DNA of 64,000 nt. Origin: Candidatus Woesearchaeota archaeon B3_Woes (lineage in GTDB: Archaea; Nanobdellota; Nanobdellia; Woesearchaeales; B3-WOES). The position numbers and the translations under genes were made by a program. The notes beneath the pieces are model-generated. The model was not told the DNA's origin. It was given only the letters and a program-made list of their open reading frames with translations, and ran no database searches. The stretch spans positions 1-64,000 of the forward strand of contig NJBG01000001.1 of NCBI GenBank assembly GCA_005222965.1, in the 5' to 3' direction. Of the stretch, positions 60,119 through 64,000 are shown piece by piece (position 1 is the first letter of the stretch; each line of letters begins with the position of its first letter).

Positions 60119-61873
60119 ATGGACCAATTTAAAGAACATATCATTAAATTATTAAAAAAAGAGACAAAATTAAGTGATATCAACCTTGAAATACCTCCAT
60201 CTTCAGAATTAGGAGATTATGCTTTTCCTTGTTTCGTACTATCGAAAAAATATAAAAAAAATCCAAATGAAGTAGCACAAGAACTAACTAAAAAAATAAA
60301 GCTGGATAAAACAATTAAAGAAGTAAAAGCAACAGGACCCTATCTTAATTTCTTTGTCAACAAAGAAAAATTATCAGAAGACGTTCTAAGAAAAATATCT
60401 AATGAAAAAGAAAAATATGGTATTCAACCAAAAACAAATAAAACAATCCTAGTTGAATATCCTGGTCCAAACACCAATAAACCATTACATTTAGGTCATG
60501 TAAGAAACATTTCTTTAGGTTATTCTCTATGTAATCTTCTCAAAGCAAACGGTCACAATGTAGTTGTAGTAAACATAAACAATGATAGAGGAATACAAAT
60601 CTGTAAATCAATGTTAGCATATAAAAAATGGGGTAAAAATGATTCTCCTGAGACCCAAGAAAATAAAAAATTTTCTGGGCACCGAAAATCCAAAGGATTT
60701 TCTAGTGAATCAAAACTTAAGTCAGATCATTTTGTAGGAAAATACTATGTGATGTTTGCTAAAAAATCTAAAGAAAACCCGAAACTAGAGGACGAAGCAA
60801 AAGAATTATTAAAAAAATGGGAAAAAAGAGACAAAGAAACAATTGAATTATGGAAAAAAATGAACAAATGGGCTTTAGATGGGTTTAAAGAGACCTATAA
60901 AAAGTTTGATATTAAATTCCAAAAAGAATATTTCGAAAGCAGCACATACAAAAAAGGAAAAGAGATTATTTTGGATGGATTAAAAAAAAGGGTGTTTAAA
61001 AAAGATGAAGATGGCGCAGTATTTGTCGACTTAAACAAACAAGGGTATGGAAACAAAATTCTTTTAAGAGCAGATGGAACATCTGTATATATAACTCAGG
61101 ATATCTATTTAGCAAAAGAAAGATATAAAGATTTTAAGTATGATAAATCAATCTATGTTGTTGCAACAGAACAAATCTATCACTTTAAAGTTTTATTTGA
61201 AACTCTAAAAATTCTAAAATTTCCTTTTGCAGATAAATGCTATCATTTTGCATATGGGATGGTGAATCTAACAACAGGTAAAATGAAATCAAGAGAAGGT
61301 AGTGTTGTTGATGCAGATGATTTAGTAAATGATATGATTAAATTGGCTCTAAAAGAAACAAAATCAAGAAATAAAGATATAGATGAGAAAGAGCTAAAAA
61401 AGAGAGCAGAAAAAATAGCAATGGGCGCAATAAGATTTTATATTCTAAAATATGATTCAACAAAAGATTTTACATTTAATCCAAAAGAATCAATATCATT
61501 TGAAGGAGAAACAGGACCATATTTACAGTACACATATGCCAGAATAAACTCAATACTAAAAAAATACAATAAAAAGATTGAAAATAAAGCTGATACCTCT
61601 CTGTTAAAAGAAAAAGAAGAACTAGAACTAATAACAACACTAAGCAATTTTAATGATGTTGTTAAAACAGCAGGAAAGAACTATAAAATACATACTATAA
61701 CGAGGTATCTTCTGGACTTAGCTCAGGCATTTAACAACTTCTACCATACCTATCCTGTGCTTAAAGCAGATGAAGAACTAAAAAAAGCAAGATTATTATT
61801 GATTAGTTGTGTAAAACAAGTCATAAAAAATGGTTTAAATCTTTTAGGTATTGATGTCCTCAAAAGAATGTAA
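60119..61873 (+). CDS. argS: Arginine--tRNA ligase with a 19-aa palindrome-derived insertion
   Basis: PNTNKPLHLGHVRN, KMKSREG, GPYLQYTYAR. Confidence 0.96.
   Translation: MDQFKEHIIKLLKKETKLSDINLEIPPSSELGDYAFPCFVLSKKYKKNPNEVAQELTKKIKLDKTIKEVKATGPYLNFFVNKEKLSEDVLRKISNEKEKYGIQPKTNKTILVEYPGPNTNKPLHLGHVRNISLGYSLCNLLKANGHNVVVVNINNDRGIQICKSMLAYKKWGKNDSPETQENKKFSGHRKSKGFSSESKLKSDHFVGKYYVMFAKKSKENPKLEDEAKELLKKWEKRDKETIELWKKMNKWALDGFKETYKKFDIKFQKEYFESSTYKKGKEIILDGLKKRVFKKDEDGAVFVDLNKQGYGNKILLRADGTSVYITQDIYLAKERYKDFKYDKSIYVVATEQIYHFKVLFETLKILKFPFADKCYHFAYGMVNLTTGKMKSREGSVVDADDLVNDMIKLALKETKSRNKDIDEKELKKRAEKIAMGAIRFYILKYDSTKDFTFNPKESISFEGETGPYLQYTYARINSILKKYNKKIENKADTSLLKEKEELELITTLSNFNDVVKTAGKNYKIHTITRYLLDLAQAFNNFYHTYPVLKADEELKKARLLLISCVKQVIKNGLNLLGIDVLKRM
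60649..60708. mobile_element. Two-hairpin palindromic element, in frame in argS (57 nt)
   Basis: CCC-A-AGAAAAT/ATTTTCT-GGG and GAAAATCC-AAA-GGATTTTC; TGA at 60649-51 and 60706-08. Confidence 0.7.
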
Positions 61874-61911
61874 TTCTTTTGGGACACAAAAAATCTTTGA
61901 TTTTTTCATGT
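61854..61911. mobile_element. Two-hairpin palindromic element at the argS 3' end (54 nt, ATGT duplicated)
   Basis: GTCC-T-CAAAAGAAT-GTA-ATTCTTTTG-GGAC and AAAAAATC-TTT-GATTTTTT; the minus strand reads CATGAAAAAATCAAAGATTTTTT, like the 41643 element. Confidence 0.65.
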
Positions 61912-61927
61912 TCTAGAAAGAATGTGA

Positions 61928-63088
61928 TTAATCAAGGGCTAATTCATATATTTTAAGAACATCTTCTTTCTTAAGTTTTAAAAAGTTTTCAATAGAACCT
62001 CCATCCACACATTTTTCTGCCATTTCTTCTAAATGTTTGTCGTCTATTTTTAATTCTTTTAAAGATGTTGGAAGTCCTATCTCTTTAAAGAAGTCTTTAG
62101 TGCTTTTAATTCCTTTTAGTATAATTTGCTCATCTGTGTCGTCTTTGATTCCCCAAACATTTTTTGCAAATTTTACAAATCTTTTTATGTCGTGCTTATA
62201 GACATGTTTCATCCATACAGGAAAAACCACTGCAAGACCAGCCCCATGTGCAACATCATAAAATGCGCTTAATTCATGCTCAATTTTATGTGATGCCCAA
62301 TCCTCTTCTCTTCCAGTTCCAAGAAGACCATTATGTGCAACACAACCAGCCCACATAATTTCTGCACGATATTCATAATTATTTGGTTCTTTTAATACAT
62401 TTCTGCAGTTTTTTATTATTGATTTTAAAGTTGCTTCACATAATTTATCAGTAAAATCAACATTTTTTGTATTTGTAAAATATCTTTCCATCACGTGTGC
62501 CATCATATCAGCAACACCACATGTAGTTTGAAAATTAGGTAGCGTCATTGTCAAATCAGGATTTAATATTGAAAATTTTGGTCTTAATATTTCACCTCCA
62601 ATTCCTATTTTTCTACCTTCCTCTTCATTTGTAATCACAGTAGCACGGCTAGCTTCGCTTCCTGCAGCAGGAATTGTTAATATAACTCCCACTGGCAAAG
62701 CCTTCTCTATTTTAATTTGTTTTGAAAAAAAATCCCATACATCACCTTCATAATAAAATCCAAGAGCAATTGCTTTTGCAGAATCAATTACACTACCCCC
62801 TCCAACAGCCAGAATAAAATCTATATCGTTTTCACGACAAAGTTTGATTCCTTCTCTAACTAAACTTAATCTAGGATTTGGAACAACACCTGAAAGTTCT
62901 ATATACTCTACTCCAGAATTTTTTAATGATTCAATTACTCTATCATACAATCCTGATTTTTTTATACTGCTTTTTCCATAATGGAGTAGAATTTTTTTGC
63001 TGTAATTTCTTGTTTCTTTCCCAACTAGATTTTCTGTATCCTTTCCAAAAATAATTTTGGTTTGGTTTTGATAAATAAAATTTTCCAT
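61928..63088 (-). CDS. Iron-containing alcohol dehydrogenase (BdhA/YqhD-like)
   Basis: AVGGGSVIDSAK, TIPAAGSE, DMMAHVME, H.IEH...VAHGAGLA. Confidence 0.92.
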   Translation of the reverse strand: MENFIYQNQTKIIFGKDTENLVGKETRNYSKKILLHYGKSSIKKSGLYDRVIESLKNSGVEYIELSGVVPNPRLSLVREGIKLCRENDIDFILAVGGGSVIDSAKAIALGFYYEGDVWDFFSKQIKIEKALPVGVILTIPAAGSEASRATVITNEEEGRKIGIGGEILRPKFSILNPDLTMTLPNFQTTCGVADMMAHVMERYFTNTKNVDFTDKLCEATLKSIIKNCRNVLKEPNNYEYRAEIMWAGCVAHNGLLGTGREEDWASHKIEHELSAFYDVAHGAGLAVVFPVWMKHVYKHDIKRFVKFAKNVWGIKDDTDEQIILKGIKSTKDFFKEIGLPTSLKELKIDDKHLEEMAEKCVDGGSIENFLKLKKEDVLKIYELALD

Positions 63089-63223
63089 ATTACTACAAAA
63101 CATAACTAATTTATAAGGTTTTTGTAACTTTTTTTGATAGTCAACAAAAACTTTATAAAGGCCATAAAATTCTTATAGCGTACTGAGGTTAACATAAGAT
63201 TATCCTCGGGAGGAAATCTAAAA

Positions 63224-63757
63224 ATGGCTGATTTTAAATTAACAATTGCAGATCCAAAAACAGGTAAGTGTGTTCAGCGTGAACTAAAATCTCCTGAAGC
63301 AAACATATTAATTGGTAAGAAAATAGGGGATAAAATAGAAGGAAAATCAATTGGTTTAGAAGATTATGAATTTGAATTAACAGGAGGTTCTGATTACTGT
63401 GGCTTTCCTATGAGAAGAGATGTACAAGGAGCAAATAGAAAAAGAATTCTAGCAGTAGAAGGCGTCGGAATAAAGAAAAAGGCAAAAGGAATTAAACAAA
63501 GAAAAACCGTTTGCGGTAACACAATTCAGGATAAAATTGTTCAAATCAATTTTAAAATATTAAAACAAGGCAAGGAAAACCTATTCCAGGCCAAAGGTGA
63601 AGAACCTAAAAAAGAAGAAAAGCCAAAGGAAGAAACAAAAGCAGAGAAAAAAGAAACGAAACCTGCTGAAGAAAAACCTAAAGAAGAGAAAAAGGCAGAA
63701 GTAAAAGAAGATAAGCCAAAAGAGGAGCCTAAAGAAAAACCAGAAGAAAAGAAATAA
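63224..63757 (+). CDS. rps6e: 30S ribosomal protein S6e with an E/K/P-rich tail
   Basis: LTGGSD..GFPMR, RKTVCGN, QIN. Confidence 0.95.
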   Translation: MADFKLTIADPKTGKCVQRELKSPEANILIGKKIGDKIEGKSIGLEDYEFELTGGSDYCGFPMRRDVQGANRKRILAVEGVGIKKKAKGIKQRKTVCGNTIQDKIVQINFKILKQGKENLFQAKGEEPKKEEKPKEETKAEKKETKPAEEKPKEEKKAEVKEDKPKEEPKEKPEEKK

Positions 63758-63759
63758 AC

Positions 63760-64000
63760 ATGGTTGAGAAAAAGACAAAAAAAAGCGAAAAAGCAATTCA
63801 ACCAGAGATAACTATAGGATTCTGTGGTCATGTTGATCATGGAAAAACAACTTTATTAGAAAAGTTAAGTGGTAAATGGGCTGATACTCATTCTGAAGAA
63901 ATAAAAAGAGGAATAACAATAAGGCTTGGTTATGCAGACACATCATTCTACAAATGTCCAAAATGCAAAGCTGCAAAATCATATGGAACAAAAGAAACAT
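63760..64000 (+). CDS. eif2g: Translation initiation factor 2 gamma, N-terminal part (runs off the right edge)
   Basis: [18 protein letters not shown]...[19 protein letters not shown]. Confidence 0.95.
   Translation, partial: MVEKKTKKSEKAIQPEITIGFCGHVDHGKTTLLEKLSGKWADTHSEEIKRGITIRLGYADTSFYKCPKCKAAKSYGTKET

Noticed and set aside
1..64000. Many 60-115 aa ORFs antisense to or overlapping long genes (e.g. 763-1032, 2623-2937, 8078-8368, 43541-43852, 63541-63840)
   Set aside because: Shadow ORFs of AT-rich coding strands, with no motifs, overlapping confidently identified genes.
1..64000. CRISPR array, DGR/retron, integrase or transposase
   Set aside because: No regularly spaced repeat-spacer run and no RT, tyrosine/serine recombinase or transposase motifs were seen. 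The direct repeats found occur only as pairs.
1..64000. Alternative genetic code
   Set aside because: Conserved genes are full length in the standard code and end at TAA, TGA and TAG.

Overview
AT-rich archaeal chromosome segment. The gene set points to DPANN, most likely Woesearchaeota-like (inference): split rpoB''/B'/A'/A'', eL30-NusA, aIF2 alpha/gamma, GINS, Kae1, Nop10, Lsm-eL37, plus bacterial-type csp and tgt. Most of the window is housekeeping: ileS, argS, RNAP operon, ribosomal proteins, gpmI, eno, lhr and two tRNAs. A variable island lies at about 9.6-23 kb. Main observations: (1) A family of modular palindromic elements built from AAAATC-loop-GATTTT hairpins with GTGC/GTCC linkers sits three times in essential genes, each time apparently without damage: on the rpoA' start codon (CATG duplicated, creating a 32-codon uORF), in frame inside argS (+19 aa), and at the argS 3' end, where the element supplies a near-identical C-terminus. 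(2) A candidate defence or DNA-modification trio: a DUF262/DUF1524 nuclease, a GHKL ATPase fused to an RxxxxH HEPN-like domain, and a PAPS-reductase-family protein. (3) tRNA-Asp(GUC) with two BHB introns whose loops are complementary. (4) A bacterial-type tgt next to a queuosine-precursor transporter. (5) An ECF sigma factor with an archaeal TATA box. (6) Cassette-like insertions bracketed by 15-26 nt direct repeats. (7) An unannotated operon of three acidic microproteins. No CRISPR array, integrase or transposase was seen. All calls come from reading motifs by eye; no database searches were run.
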